Virus record (IMG/VR): IMGVR_UViG_2675903595_000011
Length of the DNA: 43,749 bases
Direction: 5' to 3' (one strand)
Source of the DNA: a virus
Lineage: Duplodnaviria > Heunggongvirae > Uroviricota > Caudoviricetes
Position numbers and translations under genes: made by a program. The notes under the pieces were generated by a model. That model saw nothing but the letters and a program-made list of their open reading frames with translations. It ran no database searches and was not told the origin of the DNA. Position 1 is the first letter of the stretch; the number at the start of each line of letters is the position of its first letter. Of this stretch, positions 11,867 through 22,971 are shown in pieces.

Positions 11867-12261
11867 TATCCCCCCCTCACAACCCTGACTTGTGAGCGAC
11901 TAAGTCCGTACGGTTTCAGCAGTGCTATCGCAAGCTGTAAATCGGGTTCAAGCAATGCAGTGCTGTTTGCTGGCAACTCAGAAAATGATTTCGATACACT
12001 GACCCCGTCAGCCGACACGGCTTTACTGATAACAACGCCAGAATCATTTTTCTGCTGAAACAACTTACCGAATGAGGCAATTCTGGCTGCATATGCTCCC
12101 GCAAGTTTTACCTCTTCCGGAATACGGGATGGGTTAATTTTCAGGTTGAAGCCATTAAGCCAGGCATTAGCCATTAAAACAGCTTTATTTTTAGCGTTCT
12201 CACTCGTCCAGGCGTTCCCAAACGCATTATCAACGTCATCACAGGTCACGTAAGTGATCAT
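11866..12261 (-). CDS. head completion / connector protein
   Basis: 131 aa; synteny. Confidence 0.5.
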   Translation of the reverse strand: MITYVTCDDVDNAFGNAWTSENAKNKAVLMANAWLNGFNLKINPSRIPEEVKLAGAYAARIASFGKLFQQKNDSGVVISKAVSADGVSVSKSFSELPANSTALLEPDLQLAIALLKPYGLSRSQVRVVRGG

Positions 12262-12483
12262 GTGTTACTCCTGAGTTTTCCAGCCCATAGCCTTCCAGTT
12301 GTCAACTTCATCAGGATGAACATTAGCGATAGTTGGTGCGCCGGGAAACATCTGATAATCGGTCACCATAACCACTAACTCAATTTGCGTTTTTTGTGCG
12401 GCTTCACGCTGTGCTCTTTGCTCTTTAGTTAATCCGGCCATATGCCCCCCATTAAAAATGGGGCCGAAGCCCCGTTTGAATGT

Positions 12484-13623
12484 TTAACCAAGAATCAGAC
12501 AACCATGTGCCGGCTTCACTGATGAAACACCCCATGCCAGTCCAACTTCATAGCGCACCTGGCGATACTGACGATACAGTGCAATCTGGAACGTAATCCC
12601 TGAAATCGGGTCCGTAACATTCATTACATCATCAGCATTATCGCCACCTTCCGGCATTGCCGGAGTACGGGATGCCAGCAGAAACGCGTTGCGATCAAAC
12701 GCCATATTTGCAGTAAAGGCCCCAACAACTGTGATGGCAGTATCATCGGCCAGATCCTGACGCAGTCCGGGCGCTGCAAGAGTAATCAGATTGCTGGTCG
12801 CTGCTGCCACAACATACTGATTCGGATCACCAGCGAACGTAACAATCTGACCTGCAGAAATACTCCCCGAACCAGTATCAATGGAAATAAGAACATCGCC
12901 TTCTTTTTTCTCTCCATTCACGAGATAACCAGTTGCAGCAACCTTTGGCGCTCGTTTCACACCTGCCGAACTGTGAATATTGAATCCCTCCAGACGCCCC
13001 AACACGCCCTCACGCAGTAGCTGTTCAGTGCCGGATTCATTCACTTTAAACAATACAGACTGTTTTCCGCGCAAATTAGCAATGGCAGTGGAGCCAAGCA
13101 CCATCTGCAGATCGGTTGTCGGTGCGCCGTTATCCTCCAGAACCTGACGAGCCAGAGCAGCATCAGAAAGATCATCTTTAACACCAAACGGCGTTGTCCC
13201 TGCGGTTCCCACGGCGCGGGAAGCACCGAAATACAACGCACCAAGATCAGCCTCAACCTCGTTTGCAAGGGCGCGAAAAGCCTGCTTGAACTGATCAGCC
13301 AGAATGGTGTTGTAAGTCCCTGAAGGGCCAAGAGCCAGTTGTTCTTCACCATTCCATTTAACCGGTGCCATTTTGGATTTAGTAATTTTTACATCAACAG
13401 TGCCAATATTTTGATCACCGGTATTCGGAGCTGACGGCCCCGGTACGATATCTTCGGTTTTCGCCTCAGGCGCAACTGGCGCGGTTACCGTCTGATCTTT
13501 TGCTGCGGCGTCAGCTTTTGCGTTTTTTGCTACCGCAGGGATAAAACCTACCTGCTCACGGGATACAACATCCAGGGCGGTATAAATAGTCGGGATCAAC
13601 CCGGTCAGGGTATTTCCAGCCAT
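12484..13623 (-). CDS. major capsid protein
   Basis: Largest ORF downstream of scaffold; probable start MAGNTLTG... at 13623. Confidence 0.65.
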   Translation of the reverse strand: MAGNTLTGLIPTIYTALDVVSREQVGFIPAVAKNAKADAAAKDQTVTAPVAPEAKTEDIVPGPSAPNTGDQNIGTVDVKITKSKMAPVKWNGEEQLALGPSGTYNTILADQFKQAFRALANEVEADLGALYFGASRAVGTAGTTPFGVKDDLSDAALARQVLEDNGAPTTDLQMVLGSTAIANLRGKQSVLFKVNESGTEQLLREGVLGRLEGFNIHSSAGVKRAPKVAATGYLVNGEKKEGDVLISIDTGSGSISAGQIVTFAGDPNQYVVAAATSNLITLAAPGLRQDLADDTAITVVGAFTANMAFDRNAFLLASRTPAMPEGGDNADDVMNVTDPISGITFQIALYRQYRQVRYEVGLAWGVSSVKPAHGCLILG

Positions 13624-13721
13624 AATTAAATATTCCTTAAAAATTTGCGTAATTGTGAATAGATGGAGTAATGAGCTATCCAGCCCTGACACCAGCTCCC
13701 ATCCGGAAGCTGACAAATGTG

Positions 13722-14486
13722 TTAATCAACGATTGTGATACCGTCTTTCAATGCGTTTTGCTTACCTGCAACATCCAGTGCATCAAAAGCAGAGCGTTTC
13801 ATCGTTTTCTGACCAATATCATGCTGTGTCGGACGGGAGCCGCCGCCATTGTTGCCACTGGCTTTCAGGATGTAGTCTTTCTGAGGGTAATTTTCGACAA
13901 GGAACTCCAGCGCCTCATCAAACTGCGCCAGTTCGCCAGGCTTCGCGCGGGAATAAATTTTGTTGCCGGAAGCGTCATAAGCAACGATCCTCCCTTCTTC
14001 CACTTTGAATGCCTGCCCGAAGCGGGCTTGTAATAAATCTGCCGGGATCGCAATTTTATCGGCAATATATTTTGAACCCGCAAAACTACCGCCAATCATA
14101 GAATCGTAAAGCTGCTTCTCCAGCATCTGAGAGCGTTGCTTTTCTTCATCTAATTGCTGCTGAAAATTTTTCGTAATTTCTGCCTTAACCTGGTCAACCT
14201 GTCCCGCATCGAGCAGCTTTTTCTGGTCGATTTTTGACAGCATTTCCAGTGCCTCGATCGCCTTCTTCGGGTCTTCGATAGCGGCAAACTTAGCCAGTTT
14301 TTCCTCTGCAGCTTCTTTAGCCAGGCGATGATTTTTTGCCTCGCCATTAAGCTCTGTAATTTTTTTTGTCGCCAGCGGTGCATCGAAGCCAATTTCTTTA
14401 CCATCGTCGTGCACATAAACTGGCAGGCCAGCAGTATCAATTTCTGCGTATTGTTTTCCGTTAATCTCGACCGTTTTCAGTTTCAT
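13722..14486 (-). CDS. scaffolding protein
   Basis: Charged coiled-coil-like protein directly upstream of capsid gene; probable start MKLKTVEING. Confidence 0.55.
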   Translation of the reverse strand: MKLKTVEINGKQYAEIDTAGLPVYVHDDGKEIGFDAPLATKKITELNGEAKNHRLAKEAAEEKLAKFAAIEDPKKAIEALEMLSKIDQKKLLDAGQVDQVKAEITKNFQQQLDEEKQRSQMLEKQLYDSMIGGSFAGSKYIADKIAIPADLLQARFGQAFKVEEGRIVAYDASGNKIYSRAKPGELAQFDEALEFLVENYPQKDYILKASGNNGGGSRPTQHDIGQKTMKRSAFDALDVAGKQNALKDGITIVD

Positions 14487-14590
14487 ATTAGTACCTGGTT
14501 TAAGTCTTCCGACAGTTACGCTGCTCACCATCCGGATCGCAGCAATAAAAAAGGCCACCCGAAGGTAGCCTGTTGTAATAAATGATTTAT

Positions 14591-15706
14591 TTAAATCCCT
14601 GCTTTTCTGAATACCTGTGCATCACGCTCACGGAGCTGCTTCAGCGTCAGCCATTCGCCTTTATCGGTGTAAAATTCATCTGGCGACATACCACCATCCC
14701 GAATCAGCTTTGCTCGGCTTTCCCCCACAATCTGTTTTTGTCTGGTGTAAGGCTGACGCAAAAACCATTCCCTGTAGGTTGTATCTCCGGCCACCACGCC
14801 ATCCATGCTGGCCCGCTCAGCCGGGGAAATATCGCGAACATCAATACCCAGTTCCTTCGCTGATTTCAGAATGAACGTTTCCGTTGAGCGGCAGCAGAAA
14901 TGAATTTTTCCCGGCCCCTGCAAATAAGGCACGCTGTGACCTACAGGTTTATTATTCAGCGTATATTTGAGGCGATCCCTGATTCGACATTGTGGCGTAG
15001 TACGATTATCAAGCGTTGATAACCATTGCTTACCCTTAATCAAATCATTATTCGCGCTGGCAAAACTCTCACGGGCAGTAGCAGCAAGATGTCCAACCGC
15101 TGTTTTTGCAATGCTGGCCGCATTAGCCCGGCTCATCTGCAATGCACCATCCTGAAATCCCTTACTGACATGTCCCCGAATTTTTCTTGCGATCTGCTCA
15201 TTGGTATCCCCCAGCAAAAAACCCTGACGCACTGTATTTGTTATGCGTCTGAGCCGATCCGCCTCAAGATCTGAGGCCCACTCACTGAGCAGTCGTCCCT
15301 GGAATGGTCGCGCCATTGCAGCGGCATAAAGTGCATCAGGAGAGATACCAACCAGAGGGTGAACATCAGCAACAAAATCAGGTAGCATAGAATCAAACAG
15401 ACTTAACTGATAACCAGCCTCATAAATTGCCAGCTCGTTCAGCTCTCCGGAGAGACTGGTAAACATGCTGTTAATAGCAGTGCGGTTAACCTCTCTGACG
15501 CTCGCCAGAAGTGACTCCAGGCGCTTAACGGTAAAACTACCTGGATCGAGGCTGTCCAGTGCTATCAGCAGGCGAGCAGTAAGTTCCGCATCGCTGTCAT
15601 TCAGTATTTTCACCATTCTGGCAGCCACGCCAGTGCTATAGCGGGATATCCAGACTGCATGAGCAATTGATTCATCACGCAGCCGTTCATTCACGGTTTG
15701 CATCAT
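14591..15706 (-). CDS. head morphogenesis protein (gpF-like)
   Basis: 371 aa immediately downstream of portal, overlapping its stop. Confidence 0.55.
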   Translation of the reverse strand: MMQTVNERLRDESIAHAVWISRYSTGVAARMVKILNDSDAELTARLLIALDSLDPGSFTVKRLESLLASVREVNRTAINSMFTSLSGELNELAIYEAGYQLSLFDSMLPDFVADVHPLVGISPDALYAAAMARPFQGRLLSEWASDLEADRLRRITNTVRQGFLLGDTNEQIARKIRGHVSKGFQDGALQMSRANAASIAKTAVGHLAATARESFASANNDLIKGKQWLSTLDNRTTPQCRIRDRLKYTLNNKPVGHSVPYLQGPGKIHFCCRSTETFILKSAKELGIDVRDISPAERASMDGVVAGDTTYREWFLRQPYTRQKQIVGESRAKLIRDGGMSPDEFYTDKGEWLTLKQLRERDAQVFRKAGI

Positions 15707-17093
15707 TGATTTCCATCAGCATTACACTCTGATTTTTTAATTCATCGATCACTTCCTCTGGACGGGAATCCTGATCGATAAATTTCAACGCCTGCAACAC
15801 CCGAACCGCATCAATCTGACGTATATCACCGCCCTGACGCAATGACTGAACAGCCAGCGCGGAGGATGAGTCAAACACCTGGGCAGATACATCCAGTTCA
15901 GTGCGCACATCCACATTGCCACCGCAACTCTCTCCGATCCATTCCGCCATTATCTGGAGAATATTATCGAGGGCATCTTCGAGGGAGTTCGCCATTGTAT
16001 AAAGCGGCGAGTTTTCCTGCATTCGCTCTTCATTAGTCTGATCAACAGATTTGGTGGATGTATTTTCAGCACGCAGAAGTTTAGCGCCGGCATGACGCAT
16101 CTGATTTTCCAGCTTCTCAAGTGATGTTTCGCCAGATTCTATCGCTGCGCCACTATGTTCAACATATTCGAGGCCATTTTTTGTTCTGTCCTCAAAAATC
16201 GTAGCGGTGGATGCACCAACCGTCAGTTCTTCATTCCTGTCCAGCCCGTAGGCCACCAGCAATGGAACGCGGGCAACATGAAGAATATTGTCCTGCTCGC
16301 TCTGGCTTTGCCAGTGCTTGATATTCAGCAAGCCAAGATTAAGCAATGGCGGTGTACCACGCATAAATCCTGTTTTCTTCGTGTACAGTGTTACCAGAGG
16401 AATATCATCACGGCTGGTATTCCATGACTCATGAAGCGTCCAGACAGATTCGCCATTAGTGCCTTCGCTACGTCGATAAATTTCAACTCGACGGGGCATA
16501 ATATGGCGGATCTGCTCCACCTTCTTCTGCCCGAAATCATCACCATCAATAATGATGACCTCTTTTATACGCAAATCAGTGAGAACAACTTTCCCTTTTT
16601 CAACTTTCGATTTCCATCCAATAACCTGGCGTGGATTCAGCATCGTAACGTACGGACGACCACCGGTCGCGTTTTCATCGGCTTTTGTCCGAATCTCTTT
16701 CATATCCGTTCGTGGATAGTCCACCAGCGCATGTGCCACACCATACTGAAATGCGAGGCTGAAAAATTGCTGCGCCCACACATCCAGTCGGCTCCCCTCC
16801 ATGTCGATATTTTCTGCATATTCCCTGATTTTTGCCGGCGTTTCCTCACTCAATACTGTCGGCTCTGCAAATATGCGCCCAATATTTTGCTTGATGCTTT
16901 CTTCATACACAGGAAGTAGCGTAGCCACAGACAGGCGTTTTTTATAAGCGTCTTCATCTTCGTTAGGCCATTTTGGGAGATAATTTTCCCCCTGCCTGCG
17001 CATTTCAAGCGTACCGCCCATCAGTGCGTCGTTAATATCCCACGCCTCCAGCATATCGTTATAGTCGAGGTTGGGTGTTGATATATCAGCCAT
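15687..17093 (-). CDS. portal protein
   Basis: 468 aa directly downstream of terminase large subunit. Confidence 0.75.
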   Translation of the reverse strand: MADISTPNLDYNDMLEAWDINDALMGGTLEMRRQGENYLPKWPNEDEDAYKKRLSVATLLPVYEESIKQNIGRIFAEPTVLSEETPAKIREYAENIDMEGSRLDVWAQQFFSLAFQYGVAHALVDYPRTDMKEIRTKADENATGGRPYVTMLNPRQVIGWKSKVEKGKVVLTDLRIKEVIIIDGDDFGQKKVEQIRHIMPRRVEIYRRSEGTNGESVWTLHESWNTSRDDIPLVTLYTKKTGFMRGTPPLLNLGLLNIKHWQSQSEQDNILHVARVPLLVAYGLDRNEELTVGASTATIFEDRTKNGLEYVEHSGAAIESGETSLEKLENQMRHAGAKLLRAENTSTKSVDQTNEERMQENSPLYTMANSLEDALDNILQIMAEWIGESCGGNVDVRTELDVSAQVFDSSSALAVQSLRQGGDIRQIDAVRVLQALKFIDQDSRPEEVIDELKNQSVMLMEINDANRE

Positions 17094-17095
17094 AA

Positions 17096-18406
17096 TTAAA
17101 TCCGAAGTGATGTGACTCTTCCGGTCGGTTTGACAATAGGGAATTGCTTAACGATGAAATAACCTCCGGCATCATTCGGGTGATCATTGCCAGATTTTTT
17201 ATCAGGCTCCCCCTTCTCATCCCAGACCTGTTGCTCCAGAGATTCGGCATATAACGGGCAACGCTTCACATTAACTTTATAGCGACGCTCACCATTGGCA
17301 TTGCAGAACATTGCATTCATTGAGTTAACGCGATCTTTTACTGGCGGGTTCGAGCTGTTCACCACAACGTTAAAACCAGCCTGCTTAAGCTGGGCTATAT
17401 CCGTCGTACTTGCGTTACTTGATTTTCTGGAATCCCCGGAAGCATCTGGATAAATATAAATTTCCCTCACTTTCCGGTAATCATTCCCATCATACAGCCA
17501 GAAGCGTTCTTTAATGATGCGGATCATATCCGGCGTATCGTAGGCATTGATGATTTCAGTTACCGCACATGGAAGCCCCAAACGCAGCACATGGACGATT
17601 CCCGCCATCTTTCCAACGTTAAAATCCATCCCAATATAAATCGGCTCCCCTGGCTGCTCCACTTCTTCGCAATTATTCAGTTTCCGGTCAAACTGATGGT
17701 AAACAGTACCACTTGTCAGGTTAGTAAACTGTCCTCGAAGATAGGCTTTAATCAGCTCTGGAGGGTATGATTCAAGAAGCGAAGGAATGTAATCTGCTGG
17801 CAGGTTCTTTTCATTATCGAAAGTAGATGCCTGCACCAGACCATACAGTGAGGCCAGCTCTGTTTTTTCACGCACGGCTTTAACAAACTGCTCGTAGACA
17901 AATTTGAATCCTTCCGGCGTGGTTGTAACGTCAATACCGTTGCGAAGTCCATCAATCTTATAACGCATACGTGCAATTATCTTGCGCCACGCCGTTCTGG
18001 CTTTTTCCTTCGGCAAAATGTCCAGTTCATCCACCAACGCATTACCAATTTTGAAACCGACGATCGTTTGTGGCTTCTCCATCGATCTGCAGATAGTGGT
18101 TCCCCGATACTGGCGTCCGTAATAAAAGTGAACCTCTTTATTTCCCTCATTAATTTTTACGTTCAATCCCCAGTCAGCAGCAACTTCTTCCACTGTAGGG
18201 TAAAAAATATCGCGAATTTGGGGATACGTTGGCGCAAAATATCCCTGATTTATACCTGGATGCTCCCAAATCCCCTTGCATATGCCGCCACACCCAACCC
18301 ATGTTTTGCCCGAGCCAAAACCAGCAATATAGGCTTTAAATTTATGGGGCATTGAAAGAAATCGCGCCTGAGGCACATTAAGCGTCGGAGAGATCATCTT
18401 CATCAC
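17096..18406 (-). CDS. terminase large subunit
   Basis: Walker A GFGSGKT near N-terminus; 436 aa. Confidence 0.85.
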   Translation of the reverse strand: MMKMISPTLNVPQARFLSMPHKFKAYIAGFGSGKTWVGCGGICKGIWEHPGINQGYFAPTYPQIRDIFYPTVEEVAADWGLNVKINEGNKEVHFYYGRQYRGTTICRSMEKPQTIVGFKIGNALVDELDILPKEKARTAWRKIIARMRYKIDGLRNGIDVTTTPEGFKFVYEQFVKAVREKTELASLYGLVQASTFDNEKNLPADYIPSLLESYPPELIKAYLRGQFTNLTSGTVYHQFDRKLNNCEEVEQPGEPIYIGMDFNVGKMAGIVHVLRLGLPCAVTEIINAYDTPDMIRIIKERFWLYDGNDYRKVREIYIYPDASGDSRKSSNASTTDIAQLKQAGFNVVVNSSNPPVKDRVNSMNAMFCNANGERRYKVNVKRCPLYAESLEQQVWDEKGEPDKKSGNDHPNDAGGYFIVKQFPIVKPTGRVTSLRI

Positions 18407-19472
18407 TCCTTACTCTGGCATCAACCACATTAATATTGATCGCCACAGGCTGGGGATGTTCATTATCTTCCACCGTTTCGATCTCTTTGCGCAGCTTCTG
18501 GTTTTCCATTCTGCGCCGTTCAATTTCCAGTTCCCGTAGCCGCTTATCTGCACATAAAGCCCCGCCAGCAGAAAACAAACGCAACAATTCACGCCGGGCG
18601 GCAGCCTTATCCTCCAGCAGGATCTCAACGCCGAATTTTCCGAATTTTGCCCCTGCATATAATTGCCGCGCATCCCCATCAAGCAGAGTGGTATCAGCCA
18701 TATAAAGCTGTCCCGTTCCCTCACCGCAGCACTTCGGGCAGTCCGGATTGGGTATGGCGTTATCAACAAAGCCGAGGCCTCCATATTCCGGTTCGGGTTT
18801 GCCATCTCTGGAAGCCTGCGCCGCTGCCTTGTCGAATTCTGCTATATCGCGCCACTGGTAGAGATGATTCTCGCCCCAGCAATAACGGCAGTTAACACGG
18901 CGAAATTGTGCAAGCTGATTGGGGTCGGCCAGGACAATAGCCATCAACTGACTCACTAGTAAATCCAGGTCTGCGGTATAGCGTTTCTGGTACTGATTGC
19001 GGAAGTAGCTGATAGCGCGAAAAACCCTGGCATTTCTAAGCATACGACTGGCGTTGCTGTTAGCTGTCGCACCTTGCCCCTCATAACCGGCTAGTCGGTA
19101 CGCCTCTGTCGGCTTTTTACCCTGAGCAACAAGCATCGCAAACTTAGCCTGCTGGTCAGAAATGCCGAATTCATCGGGACAGAACGAAAATTCCTCCGCG
19201 TCGCCCTCATTCAGGCCCGCATCGAATACTGGCTTTTTTTCCTGAGATTTTTCGTTCCGCTTTTGTGCAGTCTGCGCAGATTTTTTCTGCGCACTTTTTT
19301 GCGCAGTTTTGCACATTTCTGTCTGCGCATTTTTCGGAGTTTTTTTGATGTAACGACGGGCTGTTGCGTAATTCAGTCCCCTTGCTTCACACCATGCCAC
19401 CGGAGATATACCGGAGCGGGTGTATTCAGCAATATACTCCTGCTGCAACGCCCCCCAGTCCGGTCTGCTCAT
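18378..19472 (-). CDS. putative terminase small subunit / DNA-packaging protein with zinc-ribbon-like cysteines
   Basis: N-terminal HTH-like region, C-terminal CxxC...CxxC; immediately upstream of large subunit. Confidence 0.5.
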   Translation of the reverse strand: MSRPDWGALQQEYIAEYTRSGISPVAWCEARGLNYATARRYIKKTPKNAQTEMCKTAQKSAQKKSAQTAQKRNEKSQEKKPVFDAGLNEGDAEEFSFCPDEFGISDQQAKFAMLVAQGKKPTEAYRLAGYEGQGATANSNASRMLRNARVFRAISYFRNQYQKRYTADLDLLVSQLMAIVLADPNQLAQFRRVNCRYCWGENHLYQWRDIAEFDKAAAQASRDGKPEPEYGGLGFVDNAIPNPDCPKCCGEGTGQLYMADTTLLDGDARQLYAGAKFGKFGVEILLEDKAAARRELLRLFSAGGALCADKRLRELEIERRRMENQKLRKEIETVEDNEHPQPVAININVVDARVRSDEDDLSDA

Positions 19473-19475
19473 CAG

Positions 19476-19727
19476 TTAGTCCTGATTTTTATCCACCCTG
19501 AGTAGTTCGCGCAGAGCAAAGGCATCCCCTTTTCTGGCAAGCTTAAACAATGCCGCTCGTAACTCGGCTTCACCTTTCGCTCTGCCCTTACGGATGGCCG
19601 CATAAAAATCTGTCATTGCTTCCCGATTTTCTTTCAGTCGGTTCAGATCAACATCCAGAACGTCAGCGATTTGTTGTGCAGTCATCCGGCACGCTGCCAG
19701 AGACTCGACTTTCGAATACGGAATCAT
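19476..19727 (-). CDS. hypothetical small protein
   Basis: 83-aa ORF upstream of packaging genes; start uncertain (overlaps upstream gene). Confidence 0.3.
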   Translation of the reverse strand: MIPYSKVESLAACRMTAQQIADVLDVDLNRLKENREAMTDFYAAIRKGRAKGEAELRAALFKLARKGDAFALRELLRVDKNQD

Positions 19728-20613
19728 TTGTCACCCCCATTGATATGCAGGGTGTCTTCTTCCTGTATTTTTCGTGAAGGATTTTTACTGCAGCGTTGTT
19801 CCAGGTGACCTGATGGTGAATGCGTTTATGACTGGCACCCATAAGTGAGATTTTTACGCACGACGGCGCATACATGACGGAGTAAAAACTTTTAACGTAG
19901 GTTCCGGAATCCAGATACAGCTCGGTCATTCCGCCGCTGTTTTTCTGCGTCTGTTTCTGCCCTAACTGGACAGCACCGATCGTCATAAACAATTCACCAC
20001 AGCGACCGAGATTCGTGTACGTATTCACATCCTCGTTAATGCGCCCCATGAATGAGAACGGTCGATCAACCGAACAGATAAAGCTGTTCATTGCCTTGCG
20101 TTTCACCCACGAAGCATGGCCGCCATTGTCACCAAGAAAATCCCCGCCCTGCGACATAGCGATGGAAAGAGCAGGTATTGATTCGTAGTACGCAAGCATT
20201 TCAGAAAGGATCTCATCCAGTTTCCTTATCGGGAAATAGGCCTGGTCATAGTTGCGATCCACCCGAAACTGGAACTCGTGATAATCATCATCGAGCTGAA
20301 TGAAGTATTTACACCCGACCAGTTTTGCCTGGTCGAAACAGGCATTACGGGCGTAAAAAATTGAGCGGCGGTCACTAAAATTATCGGCTTCGTCAAAACG
20401 ACTAGCAATATCGGCTTTGGAAAATACCAGCACCTGTTCACCAAATTCAGCCATGTACTGATGCCGTGTCTTATCTTCATCATCAACAACGATAAAAATT
20501 TTCCCGGTATAGCCAGCACGACGCAACGTCCGGTAAGTCAGAACTTTGTCCGGTCGCCCGTGAGTCAGAATAAAGGCGCAAAAATCATCACGCATATTCC
20601 TCCTCCCCGCCAT
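19663..20613 (-). CDS. hypothetical protein with DxD-type motif (possible nucleotide-sugar transferase)
   Basis: 316 aa; YFIQLDDDYHE motif; function not established. Confidence 0.4.
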   Translation of the reverse strand: MAGRRNMRDDFCAFILTHGRPDKVLTYRTLRRAGYTGKIFIVVDDEDKTRHQYMAEFGEQVLVFSKADIASRFDEADNFSDRRSIFYARNACFDQAKLVGCKYFIQLDDDYHEFQFRVDRNYDQAYFPIRKLDEILSEMLAYYESIPALSIAMSQGGDFLGDNGGHASWVKRKAMNSFICSVDRPFSFMGRINEDVNTYTNLGRCGELFMTIGAVQLGQKQTQKNSGGMTELYLDSGTYVKSFYSVMYAPSCVKISLMGASHKRIHHQVTWNNAAVKILHEKYRKKTPCISMGVTNDSVFESRVSGSVPDDCTTNR

Positions 20614-21376
20614 GCATGATCTCCACCATGCGCTGCGTCATTCGGACAAATCCATTTTCAATAGCCTGCTGATAATCAATGATCACCAGCGCCGACTCCT
20701 CGAAAAGGCACTGAATTTCAGCGGGGGCATGAGCGTAATAGTCCGCAATTCTGCTGAAATTAAACACCGTGTGACGTTCTGCTGCACACAGGAGGAATTT
20801 CTCAATATCAGGATCAAGGGACGCCGAACGTATCCGGCTGATCAGCTCCTGAGTTTTCGTATCGTCGTACAGTTCACTGATATCCGGTTTACCGCCTGAC
20901 GGCTCATAAACAGGCGTATCAATTTTCGTCGTATACGGCTCCTCCTCATTTCCTGTACCGGGCAAAACATCCGTCAACAGTTCATCAATTTCTGCCGGGA
21001 TGAAGCCTGTCAGGGAGACATCAAAATCAGCATTGATTAGGTCCGACAGCTCCATCCGCAACAGATCTTCATCCCAGCCAGCATTCATCGGCAGGCGATT
21101 ATCTGCCAGGCGGTACGCCTTTTTCTGCTCATCCGTCAGGCCAGACAGAACAATGACCGGAACAGAATCCATTTTGAGCATTTCAGCCGCCATAACACGA
21201 CCGTGACCCGCAATAATTTCGCCCTTTTCGTCAATCAGCACCGGATTAGTCCAGCCGAATTGCTTAATACTTTCTACCAGTTGTGCCACCTGCTCAGTAC
21301 TGTGCGTCCTGGCGTTGTGCGCATACGGTGACAATTCTTGTAATGGGCGATAGACTATCTTTAATTTCTCGCTCAT
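20588..21376 (-). CDS. ParB-like nuclease-domain protein
   Basis: N-terminal IIAGHGRVMAA resembles the ParB/Srx GxxR core. Confidence 0.65.
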   Translation of the reverse strand: MSEKLKIVYRPLQELSPYAHNARTHSTEQVAQLVESIKQFGWTNPVLIDEKGEIIAGHGRVMAAEMLKMDSVPVIVLSGLTDEQKKAYRLADNRLPMNAGWDEDLLRMELSDLINADFDVSLTGFIPAEIDELLTDVLPGTGNEEEPYTTKIDTPVYEPSGGKPDISELYDDTKTQELISRIRSASLDPDIEKFLLCAAERHTVFNFSRIADYYAHAPAEIQCLFEESALVIIDYQQAIENGFVRMTQRMVEIMHGGEEEYA

Positions 21377-21513
21377 ACAGCCTTGCTTTATGAATAAAAC
21401 GCACCCCAGCAGCCAGTGCTACTGGGGGCGGAGGTGTTGCTGGTAAAGTTAGGTATTGGATCAATGAGTGAGTCAACATAATATTAAACTCACAATTATA
21501 AATCAGCCATATA

Positions 21514-22971
21514 TTAGGAGCGCCAAAAAAAACCTGAAAACAATATAATAACAGGATAAATTTCAAGGCGACCAAGAATCATAGCTATGCACATTAAATA
21601 TTTTGCAATGTCATTAAGCACTCCGAATGACGATGCAGTAGCCCCAAAACCTAATCCCATATTATTAATACATGCAGCCACTGTTGCAAATGATGTAAGA
21701 AAATCATATCCCATACCATTTAACACCAGTATAAAAAACACCGTGAAGAGAGTATAAAGAAAAAAGAAACTCCATACAGACCTCATTACACGATCTGTAA
21801 CTATCTTCCCTCCTACATTTACACTCAACAACGCTCTGGGATGAGAAAGCTGATTTATCTCGTGTTTGCTTTGTTTGAAAAGTATAAGAAATCGAAGTGA
21901 CTTAATTCCACCACAGGTTGAACCTATACATCCCCCAAAGAAACTTGACAACAGCAAAAACACTATCGTGTGCGTGGGCCAGTTTGCATAATCCTGCGTA
22001 GCTAAACCATTATCAGTGAGCATGGAGCTGGCAAGAAAAAACGAATGAATAAAACTTCCATGCAAGTCATACATACCTATATGCCAGACCTGGAAAGAGG
22101 TAACAATGATCACCCCTAAGGCTATTAACAGAAAGAAACGAAGTTCAATATCTCTGATTAAAGGTTTTATCGTTTTTCTGCTAATAACAATATACCAAAG
22201 AGTGAAGTTGAAAGCCGATAGCAGGGAAAAAGAACCAGCCACCAGCTCAACCAAATAGTTATTAAAATATCCGATACTCTCGCTATGAGTTGAGAAACCA
22301 CCAAGCGAAACTGTGGAAATCCCGTGACAAATAGCATCAAACAAAGGCATTCCTGCAAGTCTATAACAGACAATACAAGCAATACCTAATAAAGAATAAG
22401 TTATCCACAGTGTCCGTGACGTATCGGCCAGGCGGGGAGTGAGTTTGTCATCCTTAAATGGCCCCGGCATTTCTGACTGATAAAGCTTTGCACCACCAAT
22501 ACCCAATAATGGCAATACTGCAACCGCCAGAACAATAACTCCTAAACCACCTATAAAATTTAACTGTGACCGATAGTACAAATATGCCCGAGGTAATGAA
22601 CTAACATCATCAATTACAGTTGCTCCTGTTGTTGTTATTCCAGAAACCCCTTCAAACAGAGCATCAATGAACGTTAAATTAAGTTCTGAGTCAATCCATA
22701 AAGGGAATGCACTAATAACAGAAAACAAAATCCAAAACATTACAATTATAATAAACCCATCACGGGTACGTAATTGAATGCCAGATTTCTTAGTTGTATA
22801 CCACGCTCCGCCACCAATGCAAAAAAATATAACGAAAGTTATAAAGAAAACGAACAGGCTTTTTTCTTTATAAAACAATGCTACAACCATTGGTGGCAAC
22901 ATTGAAAGACTATAGAGCCAAACCAGGAACCCACACATATGAGTAACAACTCTTACATGAGATGTATTCAT
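21514..22971 (-). CDS. trkG: Trk potassium uptake membrane protein TrkG
   Basis: Polytopic membrane protein; N-terminus MNTSHVRVVTHMCGF... matches K-12 TrkG (a Rac prophage gene) as recalled. Confidence 0.9.
   Translation of the reverse strand: MNTSHVRVVTHMCGFLVWLYSLSMLPPMVVALFYKEKSLFVFFITFVIFFCIGGGAWYTTKKSGIQLRTRDGFIIIVMFWILFSVISAFPLWIDSELNLTFIDALFEGVSGITTTGATVIDDVSSLPRAYLYYRSQLNFIGGLGVIVLAVAVLPLLGIGGAKLYQSEMPGPFKDDKLTPRLADTSRTLWITYSLLGIACIVCYRLAGMPLFDAICHGISTVSLGGFSTHSESIGYFNNYLVELVAGSFSLLSAFNFTLWYIVISRKTIKPLIRDIELRFFLLIALGVIIVTSFQVWHIGMYDLHGSFIHSFFLASSMLTDNGLATQDYANWPTHTIVFLLLSSFFGGCIGSTCGGIKSLRFLILFKQSKHEINQLSHPRALLSVNVGGKIVTDRVMRSVWSFFFLYTLFTVFFILVLNGMGYDFLTSFATVAACINNMGLGFGATASSFGVLNDIAKYLMCIAMILGRLEIYPVIILFSGFFWRS

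Noticed and set aside
14150-14440. 96-aa minus-strand ORF (Lys/Arg-rich)
   Set aside because: Alternative frame inside the scaffold gene.
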